From Elusimicrobiota bacterium (lineage in GTDB: Bacteria > Elusimicrobiota > Elusimicrobia > UBA1565 > UBA9628): a DNA stretch of 64,000 nt. This document shows, one piece after another, positions 47,284-59,641 of the stretch (position 1 is the first letter of the stretch; each line of letters opens with the position of its first letter). The position numbers and the translations under genes are program-made. The notes below the pieces were generated by a model. The model was not told where the DNA came from, ran no database searches, and was given only the letters and a program-made list of their open reading frames with translations. The stretch spans positions 56,093 to 120,092 of the forward strand of contig DAHVNA010000002.1 in NCBI GenBank assembly GCA_027319565.1, in the 5' to 3' direction.

Positions 47284-48951
47284 ATGCGCAACAAAACCCT
47301 TTTCGCTTTGTTCGGAATTTGGGCGGCTTTAAGCGTTCCGGTGAGCCTTCACGCGACCTGCTGGAAATATCACGTCGACCGCATTTTTCCTTGCGCGGTT
47401 TCCATTGTGCCAGCTCCGGTCAAGAACGCAGACGCGAATAATTGCCCCGCCAAAAACGATTTGGATCCCCATTTTCACCAATACACCTGCGATTATATCG
47501 GCGTGGGCGGCATTCACTATGCCTTAATGGAAGGCGACGATACCGAGAAAAGCCCGCCCGTCTCTCAAAACCTGCGCGATTTTAACAAAGCCACGCTTTT
47601 CAGTCAGCAAAAATTTCCCGATCAGCAAGACGTGATTGATATGAGTGAGCGGGCTTACGAGGATTATCTTGACGCTCTTTCCAGTTTTTTAAAGCGCACC
47701 GACCCGCGAGAGGTTCGCAAGGACTACCCTGTAAAGATTCAACTCGCCATGGCATCTCGAGATATCAGCTATTCATATGTCCAATTTAAGCTCCCCCATG
47801 TCTTGCGCCCGTTTCTTGGGAGAAAAATCGTCGCCAAGTATTTCTCCAACGCAAAGATGGGGACCCGGCAAAATACCTGGCATTGGAAGCCTTATCTGGC
47901 GCCGATATTAAAGCGCACGGCCGAACTAAAAAAGATAAAAACCCAGGCGACACAGGCTTATTTGCGGCAGAAAAGAGCGGAAATCGTCAAGGAATTGGGA
48001 ACAAAATACGGCGCGAATTTTTTGGCCAACTATCAGGCATCTGAAGCCGCCGTTGACGCGAGATATCCCAACAAAAAAATCGCGAAACCATTGACCTTTA
48101 AAAAACCCGTTCATCCCATCGTCAAAGCGCCCCCGTCTCCGGCCTTTTTGCCGGATAATCTCAAAGAAATCTCCCAGCGCAATTATTTCCGCCGAGACTC
48201 CTCTCCAGACGCCCAGGACCAGACTGGAAAAATTTTTAACTTTGGAGATTTGCGTCTCGGCCTTAAGCGCGTCTCCGAGGAAGCCACGGTCGCGATTTGG
48301 CACGCTCTCGGCATGACTCAAACAGTTGGCAATCCCGAACAGAAGGTTCCATTGGTTTTTGAGCAATATAACGGCACTTGCGGAATCGCGGCCCTAACTC
48401 AATATATGCAGGCCCACGGACAAAAAGTCACGGTTCAAGAGCTCTCCAAAATTTCTCAGGACAAAGGCATTTCCGATTTTAGCGGAGATGATCCGGGCAC
48501 TTGGGGTGGAACTTACTCCGGAGCGGAAGGTCGCGCCGCACAGCTTTACGGCTACCATTCGGATGATTCCTTTTGGATGACTTTCGAGCCCGAGACTATC
48601 AATAAATCCGATCCTAACTATGATGGATACATTCAACGCTATCAAAGAGAAGATCAAAAACGGCTTGATGAGGCGATACGCCGTCATCAAGGCGCGATTG
48701 TCAGCGTCGCGGCCAAAGTCCTCTGGGGCCCTTCCATGGTCCGTGGACCCGCGGCAACGGACCATTACGTCTATGTCACGGGAGAGGAGATAAACGCATC
48801 CACCCACAAGATTTTAGGTTATTACATCAACGACAGCGGCATGGGGGAAGGCGGGCGATTTGTCGATACAAAGACTTTCTTGCGCGCCTGGATTTATGGC
48901 GGCGATGAAATCGCGACTATCGCCCCGATTCCGGGCCTAGCCCAGCGCTAG
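47284..48951 (+). CDS. Secreted protein with a C-terminal C39/papain-like cysteine peptidase domain
   Basis: Signal peptide; Q.NGTCGIAAL, DHYVYVTG, INDSG and F.RAW motifs. Confidence 0.7.
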   Translation: MRNKTLFALFGIWAALSVPVSLHATCWKYHVDRIFPCAVSIVPAPVKNADANNCPAKNDLDPHFHQYTCDYIGVGGIHYALMEGDDTEKSPPVSQNLRDFNKATLFSQQKFPDQQDVIDMSERAYEDYLDALSSFLKRTDPREVRKDYPVKIQLAMASRDISYSYVQFKLPHVLRPFLGRKIVAKYFSNAKMGTRQNTWHWKPYLAPILKRTAELKKIKTQATQAYLRQKRAEIVKELGTKYGANFLANYQASEAAVDARYPNKKIAKPLTFKKPVHPIVKAPPSPAFLPDNLKEISQRNYFRRDSSPDAQDQTGKIFNFGDLRLGLKRVSEEATVAIWHALGMTQTVGNPEQKVPLVFEQYNGTCGIAALTQYMQAHGQKVTVQELSKISQDKGISDFSGDDPGTWGGTYSGAEGRAAQLYGYHSDDSFWMTFEPETINKSDPNYDGYIQRYQREDQKRLDEAIRRHQGAIVSVAAKVLWGPSMVRGPAATDHYVYVTGEEINASTHKILGYYINDSGMGEGGRFVDTKTFLRAWIYGGDEIATIAPIPGLAQR

Positions 48952-48975
48952 TGACTGAGATTTGCGCGCCGCGCG

Positions 48976-49956
48976 TTAAAGACGGCAAGCCCTGTGGGCG
49001 GAGGCGAGAGCAATTTCGCCGTCTGAAGGGCGAACAGAAAAAGACAAACGGCGAAAACCCTTTTGAACAGAAATAATCTTTATCTTTTTTCTCTGAAGTT
49101 CAGAGACAATTCTCTCTTTGATTTCCGGACTTAGATGCGCGAAAGGGCCGATCGCCGAAATAAGAGCCTGATTGTCTTTTTTTTCAAAGGCCAAGGCCGT
49201 GACGGGAGCCTTGTTTTCTTCTTTGGGATGCGCAACGATCAGAGTTCCTAAATCCATATGAAACGCCGAGCGAAGCTGAATGGGAATTCCGTATTTTTTC
49301 GCGATTTCCAATGAACGAAACTGCATGACTTGAGATCCAAATCGCGAGAGCTCAATCATATCCAATAGAGAAATCGTTTTAAGAATTCGCGCCTTGGCGA
49401 CCATTCTGGGATCGGCGGTATAAATTCCGCGGACATCGCTAAAAATCACGCACTCTTTGGCCTTAAGTCTTGAAGCTAAATCAATCGCCGTTAAATCCGA
49501 CCCTCCGCGCCCCAAACTAAGAACGTCTTTTTCCGCATTGATGCCTTGAAACCCGGCGACGACGACGATTTTTCCATTTTTGAGCTCTCTTAAAATCCGA
49601 CTTGGATTAAGTCTTGAGATATCGGCGCTTCCGTAAGACCCCGAAGCCTCAATGCCGGCCTGAGCGGCGCTCAGAGAAACAGCCTCGGCTCCTTGATCAA
49701 GGCAAGACATCGCGAACAAAGACACGCCGACAATTTCTCCGGTCGTAATCAATTGATCTTTTTCTCTTGGGGACGGGCTTTTTGAGACGCGGGAAGAAAG
49801 GGTTAACAACTCATCGGTCATTTCACCGGGAGCGGAGACGACCACCACGACCGCCTTCCCGCGCTTTTTTTCGGCAATGGCCCGGGCCGCGGCGCGTTGA
49901 ATTTTTTCCGGATCGGCGACGGATGTGCCGCCGAATTTCATCACGGTGATATTCAT
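48976..49956 (-). CDS. lysC: Aspartate kinase (short form)
   Basis: MKFGGTSV, VVVSA, VAGFQG, LGRGGSD and DV.GIYTADPR motifs. Confidence 0.9.
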   Translation of the reverse strand: MNITVMKFGGTSVADPEKIQRAAARAIAEKKRGKAVVVVVSAPGEMTDELLTLSSRVSKSPSPREKDQLITTGEIVGVSLFAMSCLDQGAEAVSLSAAQAGIEASGSYGSADISRLNPSRILRELKNGKIVVVAGFQGINAEKDVLSLGRGGSDLTAIDLASRLKAKECVIFSDVRGIYTADPRMVAKARILKTISLLDMIELSRFGSQVMQFRSLEIAKKYGIPIQLRSAFHMDLGTLIVAHPKEENKAPVTALAFEKKDNQALISAIGPFAHLSPEIKERIVSELQRKKIKIISVQKGFRRLSFSVRPSDGEIALASAHRACRL

Positions 49957-50591
49957 ACCGCTAAAAGGCCTTCCGTCTTCCGGTTAAAAACTCCCGCGAC
50001 CGCATGGGCGCATTCTTTCACTGAAACCGGTTTTTCCGTCAAGACTTCGAGATTGGAAAGGGTCTCCGGTTCAAGTTTGCAGGGATAAATAGCCGAAAAG
50101 GCCTTTAAATCGCAACATACATTGACTGAAAAGCCGTGATAAGAAATCCCTTGCTTGACCGCAACCCCAATTGAGGCCACTTTTTTATTTTGGCACCACA
50201 CTCCGGTCAGCCCCTTGATTGTCTCCGCTTTAAGGCCGAAAGACCCGAGAGACTCAATAATTACGTCTTCCAAAAAGCGCAAATAGTCCCGCACCTTAAG
50301 ATTGCGTGAGCCCAAGTCTATAATTGGATACCCCACCAATTGCCCGGGCCCGTGATAGGTCCAGTCTCCGCCGCGCTCGACTAAATAGGCCGGATGGGGA
50401 AGATTGGGCGGCCTGGGAGTTTGAGACGATATCCCGCGCGTATAAACCGGAGGATGTTCCAAGAGAAGAAGCGTGTCAGGAATGAGGCCTTTTTTTCTTT
50501 GATGGACCAAGTCCCGCTGAAGGTCTAAAGCCTTTGCGTAATCCAAAAGTCCGAGAAAGCGGACTTCAAGGGCTGGAGAAAATAAATCCAC
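49953..50591 (-). CDS. lipB: Octanoyltransferase
   Basis: LEHPPVYTRG, RGGDWTYHGPGQLVGY, KVASIG, HGFSVN and PC motifs. Confidence 0.95.
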   Translation of the reverse strand: MDLFSPALEVRFLGLLDYAKALDLQRDLVHQRKKGLIPDTLLLLEHPPVYTRGISSQTPRPPNLPHPAYLVERGGDWTYHGPGQLVGYPIIDLGSRNLKVRDYLRFLEDVIIESLGSFGLKAETIKGLTGVWCQNKKVASIGVAVKQGISYHGFSVNVCCDLKAFSAIYPCKLEPETLSNLEVLTEKPVSVKECAHAVAGVFNRKTEGLLAV

Positions 50592-50595
50592 CGAA

Positions 50596-52002
50596 TTAGG
50601 CGGTTTTAGCCAAAATGTGAATGGCTTCGCCTAAGGCCGCTTCGGCGGCTTCCTGAAAAGCCTCGGACAAGGTCGGATGAGGATGAATAGTACCCGCGAC
50701 GTCTTCAATCGTCGCTCCCATCTTGATCGCCAAGGAGGCTTCTCCGATCAGATCCGAGGCATGGGGACCGACAAAACCCGCGCCTAAAATCCGGTGATCG
50801 GTTTTATCCGCGATCACCTTCACAAACCCCTCCGCTTGGCGAACGGCCTGCGCCCTTCCGGAAGCGGTAAAGGGAAATCTCCCGACCAAAATCTGGGTGT
50901 TTTTAGCCTTGAGCTCGGCTTCGGTTTCTCCGACATAGGATATTTCAGGATCGGTAAAAACGGCCCAAGGCACCGCGCCCCGGGATTCGGAGGAAAATCC
51001 GCCAATATTGATAGCCGCTAAAATCGCCTCGCGGGACGCCTTATGCGCCAAATACGGAGCCCCGACGACATCCCCCGCCGCGTAAATATGGGGAACATTG
51101 GTTCTAAAACGCTCATCAACCCGAATATGTCCTTTCGCGTCGGTCTCAACCCCGCAGGCCTCAAGACCCAAATTTTTTGTCACCGGCGCGCGCCCCACCG
51201 TCACCAAAACTTTTTCGGCCTCGACAGTCTTGACTCCTTGGGAAGTTTCAATCTCGATCTGAAGAGTTTCTCCTAAATCTTTATAAGCTTTCGCCTTGGA
51301 TTGGAGAAAGACCTCGATTCCCAGTTTTTGAAGCTTGCGGGAAACCGGAGTCGCAAAATCAGGGTCAATGCCGGGCAGAATTTGAGGCAGAAACTCAACG
51401 ACTGTCACTTTTGTGCCCAATTTAGCGAAAACAGTTCCGAGTTCAAGCCCGATAACGCCGGCGCCGATAACTAAAAGGCTTTTGGGCGCGACCGTCAAAT
51501 CCAAAGCTTCTTTGGAGCTGATGATTTTATTTCCATCAAAAGGGAAATTGGGAAGAGAAATCGGACGCGTTCCGGTCGTAATCAAGGCATGCTGAAAATG
51601 AACCTCTTCTTCTCCGGAAGCGGTTTTGACCTTGGCCGAATGTTCTCCGGTGAAAACCGCTTCTCCGGTCATCAAGGTCGAACCCCGGCCTTTCGTCAAG
51701 GCGGCAACCCCGCGATTAAGCCCCCCCACCAATTGGGATTTCCAGGCTTGAACCTTGCCCCAATCCAGGGAAATGTCTCCGGCATTGAGCCCGGCGGAGG
51801 CGGAATTTTTCGCTTCATAAAATTGGCTGGCGGAATAAATTAGGGCTTTTGAGGGAATACAACCATAATTTAAGCACTCACCACCTAGATTCTTATCTTT
51901 GTCGACTAAAAGGACTTTTTTGCCTAGTTGTCCCAGCTTAATGGCCCCCACATAACCGCCGGGACCGGCTCCTATGACCAAAACTTCCGTTTCAATAGGC
52001 AT
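50596..52002 (-). CDS. lpdA: Dihydrolipoamide dehydrogenase (E3)
   Basis: GAGPGG, GGECLNYGCIPSK, GAGVIG and HPHPTLSE motifs. Confidence 0.96.
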   Translation of the reverse strand: MPIETEVLVIGAGPGGYVGAIKLGQLGKKVLLVDKDKNLGGECLNYGCIPSKALIYSASQFYEAKNSASAGLNAGDISLDWGKVQAWKSQLVGGLNRGVAALTKGRGSTLMTGEAVFTGEHSAKVKTASGEEEVHFQHALITTGTRPISLPNFPFDGNKIISSKEALDLTVAPKSLLVIGAGVIGLELGTVFAKLGTKVTVVEFLPQILPGIDPDFATPVSRKLQKLGIEVFLQSKAKAYKDLGETLQIEIETSQGVKTVEAEKVLVTVGRAPVTKNLGLEACGVETDAKGHIRVDERFRTNVPHIYAAGDVVGAPYLAHKASREAILAAINIGGFSSESRGAVPWAVFTDPEISYVGETEAELKAKNTQILVGRFPFTASGRAQAVRQAEGFVKVIADKTDHRILGAGFVGPHASDLIGEASLAIKMGATIEDVAGTIHPHPTLSEAFQEAAEAALGEAIHILAKTA

Positions 52003-52013
52003 GGGCCATCTCC

Positions 52014-53198
52014 TTAGATTAAGGTGCGCGGATTTTCCAGGTGTTTGACGAAGGTGTTCATAAACATCGCCGCCTGCGCGCCATCGGTAATCCGGTGATC
52101 GAAGGAAAGAATGAAATTCCCCATCTTTCTAATTTCGACCTTACCCTCCCGAACCATGGGGCGATCTTGAATTTTCATGACTCCCAAAATCGCGACCTCC
52201 GGGAAATTGATGATCGGCGTCGCGAAAAGTCCGCCCAAGGGGCCGATATTGGTGATTGTAAAAGTGCCTCCCTGCATTTCAGAAATATCTAAACGATTGG
52301 AGCGCGCTTTCTCGGCTAAACGCTCGATTTCCGCCGCCAAGCCCCAGACATCCATATTGCCCGCGCCTTTGACGACCGGAACCACAAGCCCCTGATCGGC
52401 GGAGACGGCGATGCCGATATTATAGGAACGCTTCTCAATGATCACGCCTTCGGTTTCATTGAGGGTCGCGTTAAACATCGGGAATTCCGGAAAGGTTTTC
52501 ACCAGGGCTTTTATAATAAACGGAAGATAGGTCAGCTTAATTGTTCGCTGTTCGGCTTCTTTTTTCATGTCTTCCCGCAATTGAACCAAGGCGGTCAAGT
52601 CCGCCTCTTCCATATGGGCTACATGGGGGATTTTTTTCCAACTTTCCGACATTTTATCGGCGATCTTCCTGCGAATTCCGGTAAAGGGAATCTTAATATC
52701 GGCAGAAGCCGCCGCTGCGGGAGCGGGTTTGGAGGCTTGGCCGGAAAAACCGCGGACATCCACCTCGGTAACGCGCCCGCCAGGACCTGTTCCTTTAACC
52801 GCCGCGATATCAACGCCTAGATCTTTCGCCAATTTTCGAACCGCCGGCGTCGCGCTCACCGCGGCTTCCGCGGGCTTGTCCGCCACCGCCACCGAGGTTT
52901 TGACCGCCGTAGATGCTGAAGCCGCGACGGAATGAGATTGAACCCCTCCGGATGCATTTCCATCCAACTCAAAAATCACAAGAGGCGCATGAACCTGGAC
53001 TTTTTCCCCGGGCTTTGCCATCAGTTTCGCGATTTTTCCGGTTTTGGGGCTCGGAATTTCGACTTCGGCTTTGTCGGTCAAAACATTGCACAAAGGCTCA
53101 TTTTCCTTGACCGATTGCCCTTCTTGGACATGCCATTTGACCACTTCGCCCTCGGTCAAGCCTTCGCCGATATCCGGCAGTTTAAATTCATAGTTCAT
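52014..53198 (-). CDS. 2-oxoacid dehydrogenase E2 (dihydrolipoamide acyltransferase)
   Basis: Lipoyl domain (TDKA), E3-binding domain (PAVRKLA..GTGPGGR) and DHRITDG. Confidence 0.93.
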   Translation of the reverse strand: MNYEFKLPDIGEGLTEGEVVKWHVQEGQSVKENEPLCNVLTDKAEVEIPSPKTGKIAKLMAKPGEKVQVHAPLVIFELDGNASGGVQSHSVAASASTAVKTSVAVADKPAEAAVSATPAVRKLAKDLGVDIAAVKGTGPGGRVTEVDVRGFSGQASKPAPAAAASADIKIPFTGIRRKIADKMSESWKKIPHVAHMEEADLTALVQLREDMKKEAEQRTIKLTYLPFIIKALVKTFPEFPMFNATLNETEGVIIEKRSYNIGIAVSADQGLVVPVVKGAGNMDVWGLAAEIERLAEKARSNRLDISEMQGGTFTITNIGPLGGLFATPIINFPEVAILGVMKIQDRPMVREGKVEIRKMGNFILSFDHRITDGAQAAMFMNTFVKHLENPRTLI

Positions 53199-53263
53199 AG
53201 TCTTCCTCCGTTAGAAAAATCTCTGACCCTTCATTCTATCAATTGTCGAAGCTCTCCTCAAAA

Positions 53264-54250
<987 letters not shown>

Positions 54251-54288
54251 AGACCCTCCTTGATTCATTCTCTATGATAAAATAATTC

Positions 54289-55080
54289 ATGGCAACTCTC
54301 CCACACTATTCTTTTTCATGGAATTACTATCTCTTCGCAAGCCTCATCGGGGCCGGCGTCGGCTTTTTATCCGGGCTCTTCGGCAAGGGCGGGAGCGCGA
54401 TCACAACCCCTCTTTTGCGCGTTCTTTTAAACACTCCGCGCTTTTTCGCCCTCGCTTCTCCCCTTCCGGCGACTCTGCCCACCACTCTTTCCGCTTCCTG
54501 GGCCTATCAAGGCAACGATCTCGTTGACTGGCATGCGGTATCCATCACTTGCTTGTGGGGAATTCCGGCGACGACGATAGGGTCTCTCGCCAGCAGTTGG
54601 GTTGGAGGACACCCCTTGATGATACTCACGGCGCTTTTCATCAGCTATCTTGGAATCATGCTGTTGTGGAAAGGAGAGAGAGAAAAAACGGCGGGAATCG
54701 ACCGCACTGACGAGTCTCACCGAAAAAAATTGGCGATCATCGCTATAGGAGTCGGTTTTCTCTCGGGACTTTTAGCCAATGCCGGAGGAGTCCTCTACGG
54801 CCCGCTTTTTATCAGCTGGATTGATATGCCGACTAAAAAAGCCTTGGCGACATCCTTGATTGTCTCTTGTTTTCTCGCGATTCCCGGAACCATCGCCCAT
54901 TGGTATTTGGGACATATTGATTGGACGCTGGTCGCGGCTCTTTCTATCGCCACGATTCCGATGTCTTATCTCGGGGCAAAAGCGGCCCTAAAAATGCGTA
55001 GCTCTTTCTTACTCAAGCTCTACGGAAGCGCCTTAACCCTTTTTGGACTCTACGACTTGATTCATACTCTTGGCCATTAA
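54289..55080 (+). CDS. TauE/SafE family sulfite exporter
   Basis: Two repeats of GFLSGL(F/L)..GG, ATSL, about 8 TM helices. Confidence 0.85.
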   Translation: MATLPHYSFSWNYYLFASLIGAGVGFLSGLFGKGGSAITTPLLRVLLNTPRFFALASPLPATLPTTLSASWAYQGNDLVDWHAVSITCLWGIPATTIGSLASSWVGGHPLMILTALFISYLGIMLLWKGEREKTAGIDRTDESHRKKLAIIAIGVGFLSGLLANAGGVLYGPLFISWIDMPTKKALATSLIVSCFLAIPGTIAHWYLGHIDWTLVAALSIATIPMSYLGAKAALKMRSSFLLKLYGSALTLFGLYDLIHTLGH

Positions 55081-56376
55081 CCGCTCAAAGCCCGCGTAAG
55101 GAACCAAGGCCTTGGGCAAAAGGACGGAGCCGTCTTTTTGCTGGAAGTTTTCAAGGATGGCGGCAAAAAGCCTCCCAATGGCGACGCCGCTGCCGTTAAG
55201 GGTATGGACCAATTCCGGCGGATTTTTGGGCGCGCGGCGAAAGCGCGCGTTCATCCGGCGAGCTTGGAAATCCCCGCAATCGGAACAAGAAGAGATTTCC
55301 CGATATTTCTGTTCGGAAGGCATCCACACCTCGAGATCATAGGTTTTTCGTGAGGCAAAACCGAGATCTCCAGTGCAGAGTTCGATAATTCGATAGGGAA
55401 TCTCAAGAGTCGCTAAGACCTTTTCCGCGTCCTTGGTCAAAGACTCCAAAGCCTCTAAAGAATCTTCAGGTTTGGATATCCAGACAAGCTCCACCTTGTC
55501 GAATTGGTGATTGCGGATAAGCCCGCGCACATCTTTTCCGTAAGAGCCCGCTTCTTGTCTAAAACAAGGCGTATAGGCCGTCATTTTGATCGGCAAATTT
55601 TCCGCGGGCACAATTTCATCGCGCACGAGATTGGTCAGCGGCACTTCCGCCGTCGGAATCAAATACATGTCTCCGGCGGTTTGAGAGTTTTCTTGTCCCG
55701 GGGATTCCAAATGATAAAGGTCTTCCTTGAATTTGGGAAGCTGTCCTGTTCCTTCCAAAATTTCGGGCTTGACCAAATAAGGCGGCCGGATTTCCTCATA
55801 CCCCGCCTTAGAATGCAAATCCAGGGTAAAACTGACCAAGGCTCCCATCAGTCTTGACCCTAGGCCGCGCCATAAGGCAAAACGTGATCCGGAGAGTTTG
55901 GCCGCCGCGGCAAAATCCAAAATTCCCAGATTTTCTCCGATGGTTTGATGATCCAAGGGCTTAAAATCAAAAGAAACGGGCTTTTGACCGAAACGAACGG
56001 GGCGATTATCCTCTTCGTTTTTGCCGCGGGGAACGCTTTCGTGCGGCAAATTCGGCAGGCTCAACAGCGTTTCTTTAAGAGGAGAAATCAAAACCTCCAA
56101 GGATTTTTCTTTTTCCTCCATGGCCGATTTTAAACGCCCCACTTCCTCAAGCAATTTTTGCGCTTCATCAACCGCTCCGGAGGCTTTTGCCTTGCCGACG
56201 GATTGAGATAAAGCGTTTCGTTTCGCGCGCAAGGCTTCCACTTCCTGTAAAAGCGCCCGGTGCTCTGAATCCATCTTAATGGCCGTTTCCAAACTCGCTT
56301 TATAGCGTTCATTGCGAGAACATAGGGAATCTAAAACTTTTTCGGGACTTTTTCTTAAAAGCGCAGAATCAATCAT
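55033..56376 (-). CDS. serS: Seryl-tRNA synthetase
   Basis: PTAEVP, FRQEAG, RGLIRNHQFDKVE, EISSCS and TLNGSG motifs. Confidence 0.97.
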   Translation of the reverse strand: MIDSALLRKSPEKVLDSLCSRNERYKASLETAIKMDSEHRALLQEVEALRAKRNALSQSVGKAKASGAVDEAQKLLEEVGRLKSAMEEKEKSLEVLISPLKETLLSLPNLPHESVPRGKNEEDNRPVRFGQKPVSFDFKPLDHQTIGENLGILDFAAAAKLSGSRFALWRGLGSRLMGALVSFTLDLHSKAGYEEIRPPYLVKPEILEGTGQLPKFKEDLYHLESPGQENSQTAGDMYLIPTAEVPLTNLVRDEIVPAENLPIKMTAYTPCFRQEAGSYGKDVRGLIRNHQFDKVELVWISKPEDSLEALESLTKDAEKVLATLEIPYRIIELCTGDLGFASRKTYDLEVWMPSEQKYREISSCSDCGDFQARRMNARFRRAPKNPPELVHTLNGSGVAIGRLFAAILENFQQKDGSVLLPKALVPYAGFERLMAKSMNQVVESKKG

Positions 56377-56924
56377 TATTTCTTCTCCAACAAAGAGACA
56401 TCCTCGGCAACATTTAAAACCGTTTGAGTCGTTTTAAGCGCCGAATTTTCCCCTTGTCTCGGTTCAATCATCACTTCCATTTTAATTTTTTCAGGCTTCC
56501 AGCCTTCCAGGGACAATCGCTTAAAATAATCCTTGACCGGATCGGTTACGTCAAAGACGACCGGAAGATTTTGCCCTGATTTTAGGATCGGCACCCGCCT
56601 TTCATCCACCGCGAAGGGAATGGTCCACCCCTCTTCTCTCTTGGGGTTTGAGCTGGAGTAGACCTTGGCGGAAAGGGTATAACGCAGGAGAATCCCTTCC
56701 CGGCTTGCGCCTTGATTATTAAGGTTTAAGACCGCTTTTAAGCGCCCTTTGAGATATCCATTCGGGGGCAAAAGAATCTCGTCAATCGGAGCCGGCGCGC
56801 TATTTTCCCGCTTGTTGAGAATCTGCCAAGACCACTCCCCAAAGGAGATCGACGCAAAAGCCGGGCTTTCAAAGCCCGTGAAAATCGCGATTAAAATCGC
56901 GATTTTCCAGTGAAGGCTTCTCAT
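56376..56924 (-). CDS. Hypothetical exported protein
   Basis: Signal peptide; overlaps the gyrA stop and abuts the serS start. Confidence 0.65.
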   Translation of the reverse strand: MRSLHWKIAILIAIFTGFESPAFASISFGEWSWQILNKRENSAPAPIDEILLPPNGYLKGRLKAVLNLNNQGASREGILLRYTLSAKVYSSSNPKREEGWTIPFAVDERRVPILKSGQNLPVVFDVTDPVKDYFKRLSLEGWKPEKIKMEVMIEPRQGENSALKTTQTVLNVAEDVSLLEKK

Positions 56925-59416
56925 TCCACGGGCGCTTCGGAAACCCCGATCGGTTCCGCAGCGAGCGGAGAAACGCGCGCGACCTTGTCTTCTTCATCCA
57001 TGCGGACCAGCCTAACTCCCTGCGTATTGCGGGAAATGACCTTGATATCCTTGCAGCGAAGCCGAACCATCTTTCCTTTCTCGGTCATGACCATCAAATC
57101 GTCTTCATCCGTAACCAATTTGACTCCGATGACCGTTCCGTTTCTCTCCGTGGCCTTGATCGTGATAATCCCCGATCCGCCGCGATGCTGTCCCCGGTAT
57201 TCGGAAAGATCAGTGCGCTTGCCAAAGCCGTTCTCGCAAACGGTCAACAAGGTTTTCTTGCTATCGGCCGGAAACGCCTCCATGCCGATCACCTGATCGC
57301 CTTTATCGAGACGAATTCCACGCACGCCCATCGCGGTTCTTCCCATCGCGCGAACATCGGATTCCGAGAAACGAATGGCCATTCCGGCCTTGGTCGCGAT
57401 CAAGAGCCCGTCCGAACCGCTGGTATGCTGGACTTCGACCAAGACATCGCCTTCATCCAAAGACAAGGCAATCAGCCCGCTGCGGCGAATATGCTCAAAT
57501 TCGGAGAGCGGCGTTTTCTTAATCGTCCCATTTCGGGTGCACATGACCAAGAAGCTTTCCTTGCCCTTTTTCTCTTCAAAAGAGCGAATCGCGATGGAAG
57601 AGGTGATTTTTTCCTCTCCGGTCAAGGCCAATAAGTTGACGACCGCCTTGCCGCGGGAAGCCCGTCCCGCCTCGGGAACCTCAAAAGCCCTCAAGGCGAA
57701 AGCTCGGCCCCGGTTGGTGAAAAACAGAAGAGTCGCGTGGGTGTCGGTAATAAAGAAATGTTCGATAAAGTCTTCTTCTTTGACATCCGCGCCGGTCACT
57801 CCCTTGCCGCCTCTTCCCTGGGCTTGATAAGTCGTAACGGGAATCCGTTTGATGTATCCGGAATTGGAAAGGCTGATCACAACGTCTTCTTTCGCGATTA
57901 AGTCTTCTAAAGACATCTCGGCGGCTTCGCTGGTAATCTGAGTGCGGCGCTCTTGAGCGAAAGATTTTTTAACCTCTTCCAGCTCCTTGACCACGATTCC
58001 CATGACTTTTTGAACGTCCGCGAGAATCCCTTTGAGTTCCGCAATTCTCTTTTTCAACGCTTCATATTCCGATTCCAAATCTCCGACGGAGAGTTTGGTC
58101 AACTGAGACAAGCGCATATCCAAAATCGCTTGCGCCTGTATTTTGCTGAGTTCAAATTCCGCGATTAATTTTTGGCGAGCCTCTTCCGAATCCTTGGCTC
58201 CCCGAATGATTTTAATCACGCGATCTATATTTTTGACCGCGATTAAAAATCCTTCTAAAATATGGGCACGGTCGAGCGCTTTTTTAAGCTGAAACTTCGT
58301 GCGCCGAGTCACGACCGTCTTTCGGTGCTGAATGAAATGTCCGATAATCTCTCGAACCGGCAAAATTCTCGGCCTTCCGTCGACCAAGGAAAGCAAAATG
58401 ACTCCAAAAGAAGTCTCAAGCGCCGTATGTTTAAAAAGCTGATTTAAAACGACATTGGCGTTTCCATCGCGTTTGACTTCAATGACTACGCGCATGCCGC
58501 TTCTATCCGATTCATCCCGAATATCCGAGATATCCGGAATTTTTTTATCGCGAACAAGGCCCGCAATCGTTTCAAGCAAGGTCGCTTTGTTGACTTGATA
58601 AGGGAGTTCCGTGACGATAATCGCTTGCCGCCCGCCCTTAATATCCTCAATTTCGGTTTTGGCTTGAATCCTGACCGATCCGCGTCCTGTTTCAAAATAA
58701 TCGCGAATCCCGGCTCTGCCGCGAATAATTCCGCCGGTCGGAAAATCCGGCCCTTTTAGAATTTTGAAAAACTCCTTGGAGTCAATATTGGGGTCCTTAA
58801 TTAAAGCGATGGCGGCGTCGCAAACCTCGGTTAAATTATGGGGCGGAATATTGGTCGCCATTCCAACCGCGATACCGGAAGAACCGTTGACGAGCAGATT
58901 GGGAGATTGACTCGGCAAAACCGTGGGCTCCACGGTATTTCCGTCGAAATTGGGAACAAAATCAACGGTTTCCTCTTCTATATCGGCTAAGAGATTCTCT
59001 CCGAATTTTGAGAGTCGGCACTCGGTATAACGATAGGCCGCCGCGGGATCGCCATCGACGGAACCAAAATTTCCCTGACCGTCAACCAAGGGATGGAGAA
59101 GCGAAAAGTTCTGCACCATGCGGACCAAGGCGTCATAGACCGCCATGTCGCCGTGAGGATGGTATTTTTTCAAAACCTCGCCGACGACTCCGGCGCATTT
59201 GGAATATTTTTTGTTCGAGGCAAGCCCTTCGGAATGCATCGCGTATAAAATGCGGCGATGAACAGGCTTAAGACCGTCTCGGACATCCGGAAGAGCCCGG
59301 CCGACGATCACCGACATCGAATAATCAATATAAGACGCCTTCATCTCCGCGCCGATATCGCGCGGCAAAACATTTCCCGCCGGTTCCTGCGGCTTAGATT
59401 CTTCCGTTTTGCTCAT
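56921..59416 (-). CDS. gyrA: DNA gyrase subunit A
   Basis: [29 protein letters not shown] and the GyrA-box QGRGGKG. Confidence 0.98.
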   Translation of the reverse strand: MSKTEESKPQEPAGNVLPRDIGAEMKASYIDYSMSVIVGRALPDVRDGLKPVHRRILYAMHSEGLASNKKYSKCAGVVGEVLKKYHPHGDMAVYDALVRMVQNFSLLHPLVDGQGNFGSVDGDPAAAYRYTECRLSKFGENLLADIEEETVDFVPNFDGNTVEPTVLPSQSPNLLVNGSSGIAVGMATNIPPHNLTEVCDAAIALIKDPNIDSKEFFKILKGPDFPTGGIIRGRAGIRDYFETGRGSVRIQAKTEIEDIKGGRQAIIVTELPYQVNKATLLETIAGLVRDKKIPDISDIRDESDRSGMRVVIEVKRDGNANVVLNQLFKHTALETSFGVILLSLVDGRPRILPVREIIGHFIQHRKTVVTRRTKFQLKKALDRAHILEGFLIAVKNIDRVIKIIRGAKDSEEARQKLIAEFELSKIQAQAILDMRLSQLTKLSVGDLESEYEALKKRIAELKGILADVQKVMGIVVKELEEVKKSFAQERRTQITSEAAEMSLEDLIAKEDVVISLSNSGYIKRIPVTTYQAQGRGGKGVTGADVKEEDFIEHFFITDTHATLLFFTNRGRAFALRAFEVPEAGRASRGKAVVNLLALTGEEKITSSIAIRSFEEKKGKESFLVMCTRNGTIKKTPLSEFEHIRRSGLIALSLDEGDVLVEVQHTSGSDGLLIATKAGMAIRFSESDVRAMGRTAMGVRGIRLDKGDQVIGMEAFPADSKKTLLTVCENGFGKRTDLSEYRGQHRGGSGIITIKATERNGTVIGVKLVTDEDDLMVMTEKGKMVRLRCKDIKVISRNTQGVRLVRMDEEDKVARVSPLAAEPIGVSEAPVE

Positions 59417-59436
59417 ATTTCCCCCCTTATTCTAAA

Positions 59437-59641
59437 TCAATCTTTAAAACTTTTTTTCTCAATGATTCTATTAAGCAACTTTAAAATATCTGTTTTGACC
59501 CGCTCGACGACAAGAAGAGCTTCTTGGCTTTCTTCTCTGCTTGGTTCATCTCTCCAATTCAATCTTTAATGTATTCTTTGCATTAATTAAATCATGCTCG
59601 GCTTTATGAACCCCTGCTTGAACTACGTCTTCTTTAGTCAT
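59437..59641 (-). pseudogene. HEPN-domain gene remnant with an internal deletion
   Basis: ATG 59641 overlaps the MNT stop and gives MTKEDVVQAGVHKAEHDLINAKNTLK (HEPN N-helix). An out-of-frame EPSREESQEALLVVERVK (HEPN C-helix) follows; the core is missing. Confidence 0.7.
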
